IMG/VR virus record: IMGVR_UViG_3300020440_000014
Location: 1 to 64,000 of that record
DNA: 64,000 bases
Reading direction: 5' to 3' (one strand)
Source: a virus
Lineage: Duplodnaviria; Caudoviricetes
Under the pieces are notes generated by a model that searched no databases, was not told where the DNA came from, and saw only the letters and a list, made by a program, of their open reading frames with translations. Shown piece by piece: positions 36,085 to 45,497 of this stretch (positions within the stretch are counted from its first letter, which is position 1; each line of letters opens with the position of its first letter). Made by a program: the position numbers and the translations under genes.

Positions 36085-36918
36085 ATGGCAACAAAAGCGA
36101 AATTTTATACAGACCTAGGTTTTCAGTCAGCATTATCTGCTCAAGTAGACGGAGATTTTACGGTTACAGGTAATTTAACCGTAAACGGAACAACTACAAC
36201 GGTCAATTCATCTACTACTTCTGTTACAGATAGTATGTTTGAATTAGCTAACTCAAATACTTCAGCTGATACATTAGATATTGGAATATATGGTAATTAT
36301 AACGATGGACTATCTGATGGTGGTGCAAGTGAATATACTGGTCTATTTCGTGATGCTTCAGATTCTACATGGAAATTATTCGATGGATTAGAAGTTGAAC
36401 CGACTACAAGTGTTAACATATCAGGAACAGGATATGCTTTAGCAGATTTACAAGTTGGTGATTTGAATGCTACTACATTAAATGTAACAAATTCTATTAC
36501 AGGTGCTAGTATAGCATATCCTACAAGTGATGGTACAAATGGACAAGTTCTTACAACAAACGGTTCAGGAACTTTAACATTTCAAGATGCTGGTGGTTTA
36601 GATAGTGGGTCAATTACAACTACGTCTACGTCTATAACAAACTTAGATACATTCTCAGCATCGACTTCAAGAGGTGGAAAATATACAATAACATTATCAG
36701 ATTCAACTTCAGGTGTTTATCAAACTACAGAAGTGCATATAATACATGACGGAAGTGCATCAAGTATGTCACAATTTGGTACGGTTTTGCAAGGTGGCAA
36801 CAACGAGCTCGCAACATTTTCTACAGATATCAATTCTGGTAACGTTAGATTAAGAATTACACCTGCTTCAACGAATTCTACGAAAATTTCTTTTAAAAAA
36901 ATTCTAATTGACGTGTAG
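36085..36918 (+). CDS. Tail fibre protein
   Basis: 'VTGNLTVNGTTTTVNS', 'DGTNGQVLTTNGSGTL.F', C-terminal beta-sandwich paralogue. Confidence 0.75.
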   Translation: MATKAKFYTDLGFQSALSAQVDGDFTVTGNLTVNGTTTTVNSSTTSVTDSMFELANSNTSADTLDIGIYGNYNDGLSDGGASEYTGLFRDASDSTWKLFDGLEVEPTTSVNISGTGYALADLQVGDLNATTLNVTNSITGASIAYPTSDGTNGQVLTTNGSGTLTFQDAGGLDSGSITTTSTSITNLDTFSASTSRGGKYTITLSDSTSGVYQTTEVHIIHDGSASSMSQFGTVLQGGNNELATFSTDINSGNVRLRITPASTNSTKISFKKILIDV

Positions 36919-36979
36919 GAAGAAGGCACATTTTACTAAATATTAGCGTCAATTGAACATTAAAGAGGACACATAAAAA

Positions 36980-37243
36980 ATGGCAACACAAAATTCATTT
37001 GTAATAGAGTATGGATTGACGGTTGGTTCAACCGAGGTGATAAACTCTTCTGGTAAATTACAATCTAGTGCGATTAGTGAGTTAGATACGGATAATCTTT
37101 CAGAGGGGTCAACGAATCAATATTTTTCAAACGCAAGAGCAAGAGGCGCAATTAGTCTAGCATCTGGCGAATCAAATCTTTCATACAACTCTACATCTGG
37201 TGAGTTGTCTTTACCATCGGTGAACGGAGGCACATTTAGTTAA
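36980..37243 (+). CDS. Small fibre-associated protein ending NGGTFS
   Basis: 'DTDNLSEGSTNQYF..ARAR' repeat unit; N-terminus similar to 37246. Confidence 0.65.
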   Translation: MATQNSFVIEYGLTVGSTEVINSSGKLQSSAISELDTDNLSEGSTNQYFSNARARGAISLASGESNLSYNSTSGELSLPSVNGGTFS

Positions 37244-37245
37244 AA

Positions 37246-39159
37246 ATGACAAGTAAGAATTTTATAATCAAAAACGGCCTTACCGTTGGAAACACAGAGG
37301 TCATAGATAGTTCAGGTAATATAACAGCAAGTGGTGTAGGTGCAGCTGTACAAGAAGCAATCGCTGATAAAATTGGTGGTATCATTCAAGGTTCAGGTTC
37401 AACAACCGTAACTTATGATGATGCAAACGATACAATTACCATTTCATCAACAGGAAAAACAGAAGAAGAAATACAAGACATAGTTGGCACTCAGATAGTA
37501 TCAAATGGTTCACATACAGGTGTTTCATTTGTTTATGATGATTCAACTGATGGTGGTATAAATGCTACGGTTTCATTATCATCTTTTAACACAGGCAACT
37601 TAGATGAAGGTGCTAACTTATACTATACCGATGCAAGAGCAGATGCTAGAATCGCAGCTGCAAGTACAAGTGACTTATCAGAAGGTTCAAACAAATATTA
37701 TACAGACGAAAGAGTAGATGATAGGGTTAACGCTTTAATCACAGCAGGTTCAAACATAACAACTACATATGATGACGCCGCTGGTACTTTGACTATCGCT
37801 GCTACAGAAGATAATCTTTCAAACAACGATACAGATGACCTTTCAGAAGGTACAACAAATCAATACTTTACTGAAGCAAGAGCAAGAAGTTCAATATCAG
37901 TTTCAGGCGACTTATCATATAACTCTACATCTGGTGTTATTTCATTTACAAACGATGCTGGTGATATAGAAAGTGTCACAGCAGGAGATGGTCTATCAGG
38001 TGGTGGTTCATCAGGAGCTGTCTCACTTGCATTAGATTTAAATGAATTAACAGACCAAGCAGTAGATGTCGCAAACGATAGTATTGCGATTATAGATGCA
38101 ACAGACAATTCTACCAAAAAAGATTTAATTAGAGATGTTGTCACAGGTATCGCTGGTACAGGTCTTGGTGCATCTTCAGGTGTTTTAAATGTTTCATTAG
38201 CATCATTTGATACAGGCAACTTATCTGAAGGTTCAAACAAATATTATACAGACGAAAGAGTAGACGACAGAGTTAATGCATTAATTACTGCTGGAACAAA
38301 TATCTCAACTTCATATGACGATGCAAACGGAACACTTACGATTAACTCTTCAGGTAAAACTGAAGAAGAAATCGAAGATATTGTAAACGGTTTAATAGTC
38401 GGTGGGACAAACATCACATCAACATACGATGACGGTGCTGGAACACTTACACTTGCTGGTCTATCAGATTCAGATATCAGAGGTTTAGTATCTGCTGGTG
38501 GTAATTTATCATACAATAGTTCAACAGGTGAATTCTCATTTACAGAAAGAACAGATGCAGAAGTCAGAGGACTTGTATCAGTCACAGATTCAGGCGGAGA
38601 TGGTTCACTTGCATATAATTCATCTACAGGTGTAATCACATACACAGGCCCAAGTGCATCAGAAGTCAGAGCTCATCTAAGTGCAGGAACTGGTGTAACA
38701 TATTCAAGTGGTGAATTTAGTATCGGTCAGGCAGTTAACACTAATAGTAATGTTACATTTAACAATGCAGTAATCGATGGTAACTTAACGGTTAATGGAA
38801 CAACAACATCAGTTTCATCAACAAATACTACAATCGAAGATGCATTAATCGAATTAGGGTCTGGTAACACAGGTGCTAACTCAAATGACCTTGGACTTAT
38901 CTTAGAGAGAGGAAGTACAGGTGATAATGGATTTATGGGTTGGGATGAAAGTGCCGATAGATTCGTAGTTGCGACAACAACTGCAACAGGTTCTTCAACT
39001 GGTGGACTAAGTTTATCTGAAGCAAACTTTAGAGCAAATCAGATAACAACAAGTTATGCATCAAATAGTGGTGGTGTAGCGAGAAACATATATCAATCAA
39101 CTTCTGCTCCGGGTAGTTCAGATGGACAAGTTGGCGATTTATGGATTTTATACTCTTAA
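37246..39159 (+). CDS. Tail fibre protein with internal repeats
   Basis: Several 'T.NL.EG..N.YYT..R' and 'GKTEEEI.DIV' repeats; C-terminal 'YQSTSAPGSSDGQVGDLWILYS'. Confidence 0.8.
   Translation: MTSKNFIIKNGLTVGNTEVIDSSGNITASGVGAAVQEAIADKIGGIIQGSGSTTVTYDDANDTITISSTGKTEEEIQDIVGTQIVSNGSHTGVSFVYDDSTDGGINATVSLSSFNTGNLDEGANLYYTDARADARIAAASTSDLSEGSNKYYTDERVDDRVNALITAGSNITTTYDDAAGTLTIAATEDNLSNNDTDDLSEGTTNQYFTEARARSSISVSGDLSYNSTSGVISFTNDAGDIESVTAGDGLSGGGSSGAVSLALDLNELTDQAVDVANDSIAIIDATDNSTKKDLIRDVVTGIAGTGLGASSGVLNVSLASFDTGNLSEGSNKYYTDERVDDRVNALITAGTNISTSYDDANGTLTINSSGKTEEEIEDIVNGLIVGGTNITSTYDDGAGTLTLAGLSDSDIRGLVSAGGNLSYNSSTGEFSFTERTDAEVRGLVSVTDSGGDGSLAYNSSTGVITYTGPSASEVRAHLSAGTGVTYSSGEFSIGQAVNTNSNVTFNNAVIDGNLTVNGTTTSVSSTNTTIEDALIELGSGNTGANSNDLGLILERGSTGDNGFMGWDESADRFVVATTTATGSSTGGLSLSEANFRANQITTSYASNSGGVARNIYQSTSAPGSSDGQVGDLWILYS
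37681..38264 (+). repeat. 38-nt exact direct repeat within fibre gene
   Basis: gaaggttcaaacaaatattatacagacgaaagagtaga at 37681-37718 and 38227-38264. Confidence 0.85.
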
Positions 39160-39196
39160 TTGAGTAACATATATATTATAACAGAGATTTAAAAAT

Positions 39197-40060
39197 ATGG
39201 CAACAGGTTCACAAAAAGTAAAAACACCATCGGGTTGGAATAGTACTCGAGGTGCTTGGGTAAAAACAGGTGCAAGTACTTGGAAAGATGCAGACCAAAT
39301 CTACATCAAAACGCCTTCAGGTTGGAATAACGCATCTGGTCAAACAAGTGTTCAACAACCTTATCCATATATTGCAAATGCTCAGAATCCTGTAATTAGA
39401 AATAGACAAAATCCATATCCTTACATAGCAAATGCTCAGAATCCTGTAATCAGAGACGCTCAAGAGCCTAATATTAGAAGTGCTCAAGAGCCTAATATTA
39501 GAAGTGCTCAAGAACCTAATATTAGAGATGCAAGACAACCTGCTATATATCAAGTTAACGTGCCTTCTAGAAGTCCATTTACATATCAACACAGGTCACC
39601 GTTTACATATAGAAATCCGGTGAGTGCTCAAGAACCTAATATTAGAAATAGACAAACACCATTTACATATAGACACCCAGCATCTGCTCAAGAACCTAAT
39701 ATTAGAAATGGTCAAACACCATTTAGATACCCAGCAAATGGTCAAACGCCATTTAGATATCCTGCTAATGCAAGACAACCTGCTGGTTATAGAGCAAGTG
39801 CTAGACAACCATTTACATATCAAGCGCAATATAGAAGTCCATTTACGTATCGAGCAAGATATCCAGCTATTTACTCTTTTAGTTTTCAAAGCCCGTTTAA
39901 TCAAACTGACCCACAAGCTGATGGACAAACACCTTATAGAGCGTCAGCTCAACAACCTGCGATTGCTAGAAGTCCGTTTAGATATATAACGCCAGCTAGA
40001 CAACCATACTTTTATACATTCGGCGGTTTCGGCGGTTTCGGTGGTTTTAATATAAGGTAA
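39197..40060 (+). CDS. Pro/Gln/Tyr/Arg repeat protein (module 2, protein A2)
   Basis: N-terminal 'VKTPSGW..WVKT..W..IYIKTPSGW', then QEPNIRSA, SPFTY, QTPFRYPAN repeats; no Leu or Cys in 287 aa; ends 'GGFGGFGGFNIR'. Confidence 0.75.
   Translation: MATGSQKVKTPSGWNSTRGAWVKTGASTWKDADQIYIKTPSGWNNASGQTSVQQPYPYIANAQNPVIRNRQNPYPYIANAQNPVIRDAQEPNIRSAQEPNIRSAQEPNIRDARQPAIYQVNVPSRSPFTYQHRSPFTYRNPVSAQEPNIRNRQTPFTYRHPASAQEPNIRNGQTPFRYPANGQTPFRYPANARQPAGYRASARQPFTYQAQYRSPFTYRARYPAIYSFSFQSPFNQTDPQADGQTPYRASAQQPAIARSPFRYITPARQPYFYTFGGFGGFGGFNIR
39458..39529 (+). repeat. 3 x 24-nt tandem repeat (AQEPNIR[S/D])
   Basis: gctcaagagcctaatattagaagt x2 exact plus one variant. Confidence 0.9.
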
Positions 40061-40094
40061 ATGATATGAATAGTTTAAGTAGGAAAAAAATATA

Positions 40095-40817
40095 ATGCCA
40101 TCAGGAAGAAGAATAGTAGGCTCAAGAGCATCAGGTCAATCACCTGGTAATGTTGGAAATCCGTTTACTTATAATAATAGGCAGCCATTTACGTATCCAC
40201 ATTCCGTACAGGCTCGACAACCAAACATTGGTTCTGGTAGTTATCGAGCAAGATATCCTGCTAACGGTCAACAACCTGTTCCTTATATTGCTAATGGTCA
40301 AACACCATTTAGATACCCAGCAAGTTATCAAATACCATTTACATATAGAGCAAGTGCTAGACAACCATTTACATATAGAGCAAGTGCTAGACAACCATTT
40401 ACATATAGTCATAGGTCACCGTTCACATATAGACACCCAGCAAGTGCTAGACAGCCATCTACGTATCAACATAGGTCACCGTTTACATACAGAAATCCAG
40501 TAAACGGTCAAGAACCAAATATACGTGACGCAAGACAACCTAATATAGTTCAACAATCCAGAAACTATCAAATACCATTTACGTATCAACACAGGTCACC
40601 GTTTACGTATCAACATAGGTCGCCATTTACGTATCAACACAGGTCACCATTTACGTATCAACATAGAAGTCCTTCTACATATGCTAGACAAGGTCAGACA
40701 CCAACTACGTATCAACATAGAAGTCCTTCTACATATGCTAGACAAGGTCAGACACCAGTGATACGTTGGGATAATGACTTGGCTAATCAGTGGCCAGGTT
40801 CTCCTGTGACTGGATAA
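40095..40817 (+). CDS. Pro/Gln/Tyr/Arg repeat protein (module 2, protein B2)
   Basis: PFTYQHRS and PFTYRASARQ repeats; no Lys or Cys, one Leu, four acidic residues in 240 aa. Confidence 0.75.
   Translation: MPSGRRIVGSRASGQSPGNVGNPFTYNNRQPFTYPHSVQARQPNIGSGSYRARYPANGQQPVPYIANGQTPFRYPASYQIPFTYRASARQPFTYRASARQPFTYSHRSPFTYRHPASARQPSTYQHRSPFTYRNPVNGQEPNIRDARQPNIVQQSRNYQIPFTYQHRSPFTYQHRSPFTYQHRSPFTYQHRSPSTYARQGQTPTTYQHRSPSTYARQGQTPVIRWDNDLANQWPGSPVTG
40334..40408 (+). repeat. 2.5 x 30-nt exact tandem repeat (PFTYRASARQ)
   Basis: accatttacatatagagcaagtgctagaca repeated; a rotated copy of the same 30-mer occurs in A2 at 39791-39820. Confidence 0.9.
40575..40757 (+). repeat. 4 x 24-nt (PFTYQHRS) repeat plus 52-nt duplication
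   Basis: Units at 40575, 40599, 40623, 40647; exact 52-mer at 40652-40703 and 40706-40757. Confidence 0.9.
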
Positions 40818-40851
40818 ATAAGTTAGTACAAGCTAATAAAAACTTTATATT

Positions 40852-42459
40852 ATGAAAAGACTCACGTTAAAAGAAGCCCAAGAACTATTTAAAGACTACG
40901 ATTCAGAAAAATTTCCTAATTCAACTACAACTCAAATTGGTCATTTTGATATCGTCAAAGATAAACAAATAGGTCAAAATAAAGAACAGACAATTGAAGT
41001 TTTACATTGGATATATGAAAATGTAACTAGTTATCCAAAAATTGTTAAATGGAAAGAAGTTAGAAAAATATTTCAAACCGAATTATCTCATAATAATTAT
41101 AAATTAAGTAGTTGGGGCAAACTCAAACATCCATCTTTTATCTACAACGCATTATTACCAAAAGTCTATACGTCAGAACCTGAAGTAGCTGCTCCAGGTT
41201 TTTTAGGTTTTGGTACTAAGAACCTAAAAGACGAACACGATGACTTATCTCATTTATCAGATGTTACAAGAGAAACAGATTTAGTAAAATCATCTTACTA
41301 TCATGCTGCTAAAGCACACTGGTTAGTGCAAGACATAAGAAAAAACGGATTATGGAATAGACCGCAAGGCAAAGTATATAAAGATGGAGATAATCGTTTT
41401 AGACTTATGATGCATCCAGGTTCTGTTCGTTCACAGGTCATTGAAATGTTAGATGATGATGATTTAGAACTTATGATTTATGATAAACATAATTTATTTC
41501 CAGATATACAACCTACGACTCTTGAGTTTATGCTCGATGAAATAAAAACAAGAATTTCAGAAATAGAAGAGAATGATGCCCTTTCACGTAAGTTGCATAC
41601 AGATGTTTCTTTTCATCTTTCAGCTGGAGGATATATTGAAATGAGTTCATCTTTAGCACATATGCATAATATGGATTTTAGAACTGAGGTTTATAAATTT
41701 AATAGACAAGTGACCGAATTATCTTCAGGTAAACCTATTACAATCTATGTTGGTTATGATAGTAGACATGAAAACATATCTGAACAAGCAAAAAGATTAA
41801 TTGATTTAAGAATAGCACAAAGTCTCGGTGGAGGAGATATAACAGGTCTCTTCAAGTGGTTTAAACCTGAAGTCAAGTTATTAGATATTTCAAAAATACC
41901 AGAGTATACAAGAGAATATGCAAACCAGTCTACTGAATTCACTTATAGTAGATTTTTGATACCTTATCTAGAAAATTATGAAGGATTCAGTATGTTTGTT
42001 GACAATGATATTTTATTCAGAGAAACGCCTTTACCCTTTTTATATTTTTTAAATCCAGAAGACGCTGTAGCTTGTGTACAATACAATTTTGATAAACACG
42101 ATGAAACAAAAATGGATGGCGAAAAGAACGTCTCTTATCCTAAAAAGCTTTGGTCTTCATTAATGGTTTTCAATAATAGTCATGAAGATTGTAAGAAGTT
42201 AACTCCTGAGGTAATCAATACAGAATCAGGTAAATATCTACATCAATTTGAATGGACAAATGCAATCAGTGAAATACCAGAATCACATATTGTCACTGAA
42301 GGATTTGATACGTTAAAAGATAAACCACATGCATTTGCAATACATTATACAAGAGGTGGTCCTTGGATAAAAAACATGAATTTAGACAACCTAAATATGC
42401 TTGACGAATATCAAAACATGATTAATAAAATACAAGTAGAGGAAAACTTTTTAAAATAG
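40852..42459 (+). CDS. Fusion: ParB/Srx-like 'HPG' domain + GT-A glycosyltransferase (GT8-like)
   Basis: C-terminal 'IYVGYDSR', 'TEFTYSRFLIPYL...G.SMFVDND.LF', 'YPKKLWSSLMVFN', 'IHYTRGGPW'; N-terminal 'AKAHWL...PQG...HPGSVR'. Confidence 0.85.
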   Translation: MKRLTLKEAQELFKDYDSEKFPNSTTTQIGHFDIVKDKQIGQNKEQTIEVLHWIYENVTSYPKIVKWKEVRKIFQTELSHNNYKLSSWGKLKHPSFIYNALLPKVYTSEPEVAAPGFLGFGTKNLKDEHDDLSHLSDVTRETDLVKSSYYHAAKAHWLVQDIRKNGLWNRPQGKVYKDGDNRFRLMMHPGSVRSQVIEMLDDDDLELMIYDKHNLFPDIQPTTLEFMLDEIKTRISEIEENDALSRKLHTDVSFHLSAGGYIEMSSSLAHMHNMDFRTEVYKFNRQVTELSSGKPITIYVGYDSRHENISEQAKRLIDLRIAQSLGGGDITGLFKWFKPEVKLLDISKIPEYTREYANQSTEFTYSRFLIPYLENYEGFSMFVDNDILFRETPLPFLYFLNPEDAVACVQYNFDKHDETKMDGEKNVSYPKKLWSSLMVFNNSHEDCKKLTPEVINTESGKYLHQFEWTNAISEIPESHIVTEGFDTLKDKPHAFAIHYTRGGPWIKNMNLDNLNMLDEYQNMINKIQVEENFLK

Positions 42460-42461
42460 TA

Positions 42462-42490
42462 TTGTAATTAAAGACCACTTAGTATATAAT
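42462..42490 (+). promoter_or_regulatory. sigma70-like promoter
   Basis: TTGTAA (42462-42467), 17 nt spacer, TATAAT (42485-42490), then AGGAG and ATG 42501. Confidence 0.45.
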
Positions 42491-42500
42491 AGGAGTTATT

Positions 42501-43052
42501 ATGAATATGTTAATTTATTGTGAAAATGGAAATCTAACCATCAGAAAATCAAATGGTTTAGAATATACCTTTAATAATACAGATAAACCAAATTTTGGTT
42601 TTGAGTATGATGTCATCATTTACGATGACATAGAAGTAAAGATTTTAGAGTGGAAAGAAAATGTTCCTTTTGATAAACAAGAACATATAACTCTAAATGA
42701 AACAGAAATCGATGCTATTGAGCAGTACATAGAAAATTCAGAACCGCCTGAAGGCCATTCGTTAAATCAACAATATAGCAATCAACTATGTAATATGACA
42801 AACAATTATTGTCAAGAACAGGCTCAAAATTATGGTTTTAATGACTTATTGGAAGTTATGATAGCAGCAAGAGAGGGTTCTTGTCACCCATTTAGAATTA
42901 ATGCAAGAAGAACCTTAGAATATTATGATGCAGTCTGGTCGGTATATGATAATCTTATGCAAGAGATAATCAATACAAGAGAAGATGTGTTAAGAGAATA
43001 TGAACATTATGCTTCTGCTATACCAACTCCAGTGAGACCACCTCAAGCTTAA
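42501..43052 (+). CDS. Probable tail-fibre assembly chaperone
   Basis: C-terminal 'AQNYGFNDL.......HPF...A......YDAVW..Y..L......IP' resembles Tfa-like chaperone ends. Confidence 0.5.
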   Translation: MNMLIYCENGNLTIRKSNGLEYTFNNTDKPNFGFEYDVIIYDDIEVKILEWKENVPFDKQEHITLNETEIDAIEQYIENSEPPEGHSLNQQYSNQLCNMTNNYCQEQAQNYGFNDLLEVMIAAREGSCHPFRINARRTLEYYDAVWSVYDNLMQEIINTREDVLREYEHYASAIPTPVRPPQA

Positions 43053-43055
43053 ACA

Positions 43056-43727
43056 ATGCAAGTCGAGTATATAGATGCTCCATTTAGCATTGAAAAATTA
43101 CCTTTAGATAAAATTTATGTAATTGACAATTATCTAGAAAAATCATTACATCATTTTTTTGACAAGTATATCACAAATGCTTCAATATGGTCTAAAACCA
43201 ATCAAGTCAATTCAATTAGCCCAACAGGTTTGCCTCATCATAGTTTTTGGGGAGGAAGTTTTTTTAGAACAAAAAATGGTTTGAAGACTATCGAAACAGA
43301 CATGGAACCAAGGCATACTTATTTTGCTGATTTTTTAGATAAAAGAATACAAACCGATTTTGGTTTCGAATGGATTAGATTTCAATATATGGGTTTAAAT
43401 TCACAAACACACGGACTACAAGGAACTACCCATTCAGATTGCCCAAAAGAAGATGAATGGAATCTTTCTTTTTTATATTATTACAATAGATATTGGAATA
43501 AAGATTGGGGTGGTGTATTGAGATTTTACGATGAGCATCAACAAGGGCTAGATGGTCGTGATGAACACATACAGAATCATCAAATTGCAGAAGTTGAATT
43601 TAAACCCAATCGATTATTAATGTTTGACGGAAGAATACCACACGGTGCAGATGCGCCGAATGAAAATGCAAGATATATGGATAGAAGGTCAGTTGTGTTG
43701 AGAGGAGATGAAGTATGCCTACTATAG
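43056..43727 (+). CDS. 2OG-Fe(II) oxygenase (prolyl-hydroxylase-like)
   Basis: HxD 'HSD', 'WNKDWGGVLRF', 'FKPNRLLMFDGRIPH', distal 'R.S'. Confidence 0.85.
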   Translation: MQVEYIDAPFSIEKLPLDKIYVIDNYLEKSLHHFFDKYITNASIWSKTNQVNSISPTGLPHHSFWGGSFFRTKNGLKTIETDMEPRHTYFADFLDKRIQTDFGFEWIRFQYMGLNSQTHGLQGTTHSDCPKEDEWNLSFLYYYNRYWNKDWGGVLRFYDEHQQGLDGRDEHIQNHQIAEVEFKPNRLLMFDGRIPHGADAPNENARYMDRRSVVLRGDEVCLL

Positions 43728-44554
43728 ATTTTATCTCATTCACCGAAGAAACGGTAAGATTAGTAAAACCAGTTTTAGCTAAAAAAGCTCAACCTGAATG
43801 GTGGAAGAAATCAAAAATAGCTGATATCACACATGGCGAAATAGCCAGAACTATTAGAAGTTGTCCTGCGATGGACGATTGGTTAAAGTCTGGTTGGATT
43901 ATTGAAACATTACATGATATAGATGTGATACAAGGAGATAATAATGGTACATTTAATTCTGAATTTAAAGTAACAACATTGCCTCATCATGCTGTAGCAT
44001 CGCCAAGCCATCCCGAAACACAATTAAATAATTTTTTACCATACGGTTTAAACGATAGAATCAAGTCTGCTTTTAAAATCAGACAACCATGGAATGTTAT
44101 AACTCCGCCTGGTTATTCATGTTTATTCTTAGACCCATTTCTTACTAACAACATACACTTTACGGTATGGCAAGGAATTATAGATACAGATAAATTTAAT
44201 GTAAATAACGATAATGCTCAAATGATATTTTATCCTAAAGTTAATCATAGTTTTACGATAAAAAAAGGCACAGCATTATGTCAAATTATACCTTACAAAA
44301 GAGAAGTCTGGACTGCAACGTATCAAGTACATTCTAGTAAATCTTATATAGAAAATAGAAATAAAGTTACCAAAAATGTTGAAAATACATCTATGGAAGA
44401 ATATAACAAAGATTCTAAATATGAAGTAGACAACGCATTAGGCGGCGCAAGTCCGTATAGAAGAGAAGGACAATGGCAAGAAAAAGGTAAATTGTATAAA
44501 GAAAGTGAACCGCCACCAGAGTGCCCATATCACGGTAAAATAGAAAATGATTAA
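43715..44554 (+). CDS. Conserved marine-phage protein of beta-barrel type, function unknown (DUF6065-like)
   Basis: 'CPAM.DWL..GW', 'PW.V.TPPGYSCLF..P', 'GIIDTD', 'KGT.LCQIIPYKRE.W'. Confidence 0.55.
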   Translation: MPTIDFISFTEETVRLVKPVLAKKAQPEWWKKSKIADITHGEIARTIRSCPAMDDWLKSGWIIETLHDIDVIQGDNNGTFNSEFKVTTLPHHAVASPSHPETQLNNFLPYGLNDRIKSAFKIRQPWNVITPPGYSCLFLDPFLTNNIHFTVWQGIIDTDKFNVNNDNAQMIFYPKVNHSFTIKKGTALCQIIPYKREVWTATYQVHSSKSYIENRNKVTKNVENTSMEEYNKDSKYEVDNALGGASPYRREGQWQEKGKLYKESEPPPECPYHGKIEND

Positions 44555-45221
44555 GTTGATGTTTCCAGCTTTTGTTTGTGTCAAAGAATTTCTTGATAAA
44601 GATTCAGAACAATATCCAAATATGACAAGAGAGTATTTTAAGATACTCAAAGATGAAATGGATAACATGCAAAAGTTAGACCCTAAAGGTAGAAATGTTT
44701 CTAATTCAGGAGGTTGGCAGTCTAACGATGGTATAGAATCTAATCCTATATTTGTTAAAGCATATCGTACAATTAAGAGAGTCGTAGCAAATGAATTGGT
44801 GCCTGCTTTAGGTTTAGAAAAAAATTCTTTTAATGTTGTAATGCATAACTCTTGGGGTAATATGAATTTCAATGGCAATTTCAATAAACCTCATCTACAT
44901 AATGGCTGTTTTTATTCTGGTGTCATGTATATTAAAGCTGATGGTGATGAAGGAAATTTAGTATTTGTAGATACAAATCATAAAATAGCAGGTGTATTTC
45001 CACCAAATCCGATGATGAAAGAATCGGAGATATATTCACCTAGAACAGGCGACTTATATTTGTTTCCTAGTGGTTTGATGCATATGGTAGAACCGAATCT
45101 AACAGATAAAACCAGATATAGTATATCATTCAACTTAGAAGTTAATGGTGGTCAACGAAGAGAAACTATTCAAAATGAACATTTAAAGTATGAAGTGAAT
45201 GATGAGGGTGACTGCTTTTGA
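44547..45221 (+). CDS. Putative 2OG-Fe(II) oxygenase (TIGR02466-like)
   Basis: 'SN.GGWQS', 'SWGNMN..G.FN.PHLH...YSGVMYI', 'LYLFPS.L.H.V', 'RYSISFN'. Confidence 0.85.
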   Translation: MIKLMFPAFVCVKEFLDKDSEQYPNMTREYFKILKDEMDNMQKLDPKGRNVSNSGGWQSNDGIESNPIFVKAYRTIKRVVANELVPALGLEKNSFNVVMHNSWGNMNFNGNFNKPHLHNGCFYSGVMYIKADGDEGNLVFVDTNHKIAGVFPPNPMMKESEIYSPRTGDLYLFPSGLMHMVEPNLTDKTRYSISFNLEVNGGQRRETIQNEHLKYEVNDEGDCF

Positions 45222-45227
45222 TAAATA
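45220..45227 (+). promoter_or_regulatory. Late promoter variant
   Basis: GATAAATA 6 nt before the 45234 ATG. Confidence 0.4.
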
Positions 45228-45233
45228 GTATAT

Positions 45234-45497
45234 ATGGACAATATAGTTATAGACCCAACATTACTTTGGAATTTAATTCTTTCTCTTATCATAGTGCCTG
45301 TGGGTGTTCTTGTTAGAACTATTCTAGCAGAACAAAAAAGAATGGATATTCTCATTAATAAAACAAGAGAAGAAATAGCAAAAGATTATGTAACTAGAGA
45401 CCAGTTAGAAAAGGATTTAGAGAAATTAATTTCTACGGTAGAAAGAATGGACGAAAAACTTGACAGAATCCAGACCAAAACTTATTTTCAAGACTAA
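45234..45497 (+). CDS. Small membrane-anchored coiled-coil protein
   Basis: N-terminal hydrophobic helix 'LLWNLILSLIIVPVGVLV' followed by heptads. Confidence 0.7.
   Translation: MDNIVIDPTLLWNLILSLIIVPVGVLVRTILAEQKRMDILINKTREEIAKDYVTRDQLEKDLEKLISTVERMDEKLDRIQTKTYFQD

Noticed and set aside
29611-38645. Minus-strand ORFs of 100-142 aa (29611, 35178, 37860, 38244)
   Set aside because: Antisense shadows of Gly/Ser/Thr-rich fibre genes; no SD or recognisable motifs
39317-40503. Alternative-frame and antisense ORFs over the repeat genes
   Set aside because: By-products of repeat periodicity; no start signals
39400-40760. Tandem repeats as a CRISPR array
   Set aside because: Units are multiples of 3 nt inside open frames, have no unique spacers, and no cas genes are present
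30663-40817. Diversity-generating retroelement (template/variable repeat pair)
   Set aside because: No reverse transcriptase in the window; repeat differences are mostly synonymous and not adenine-specific
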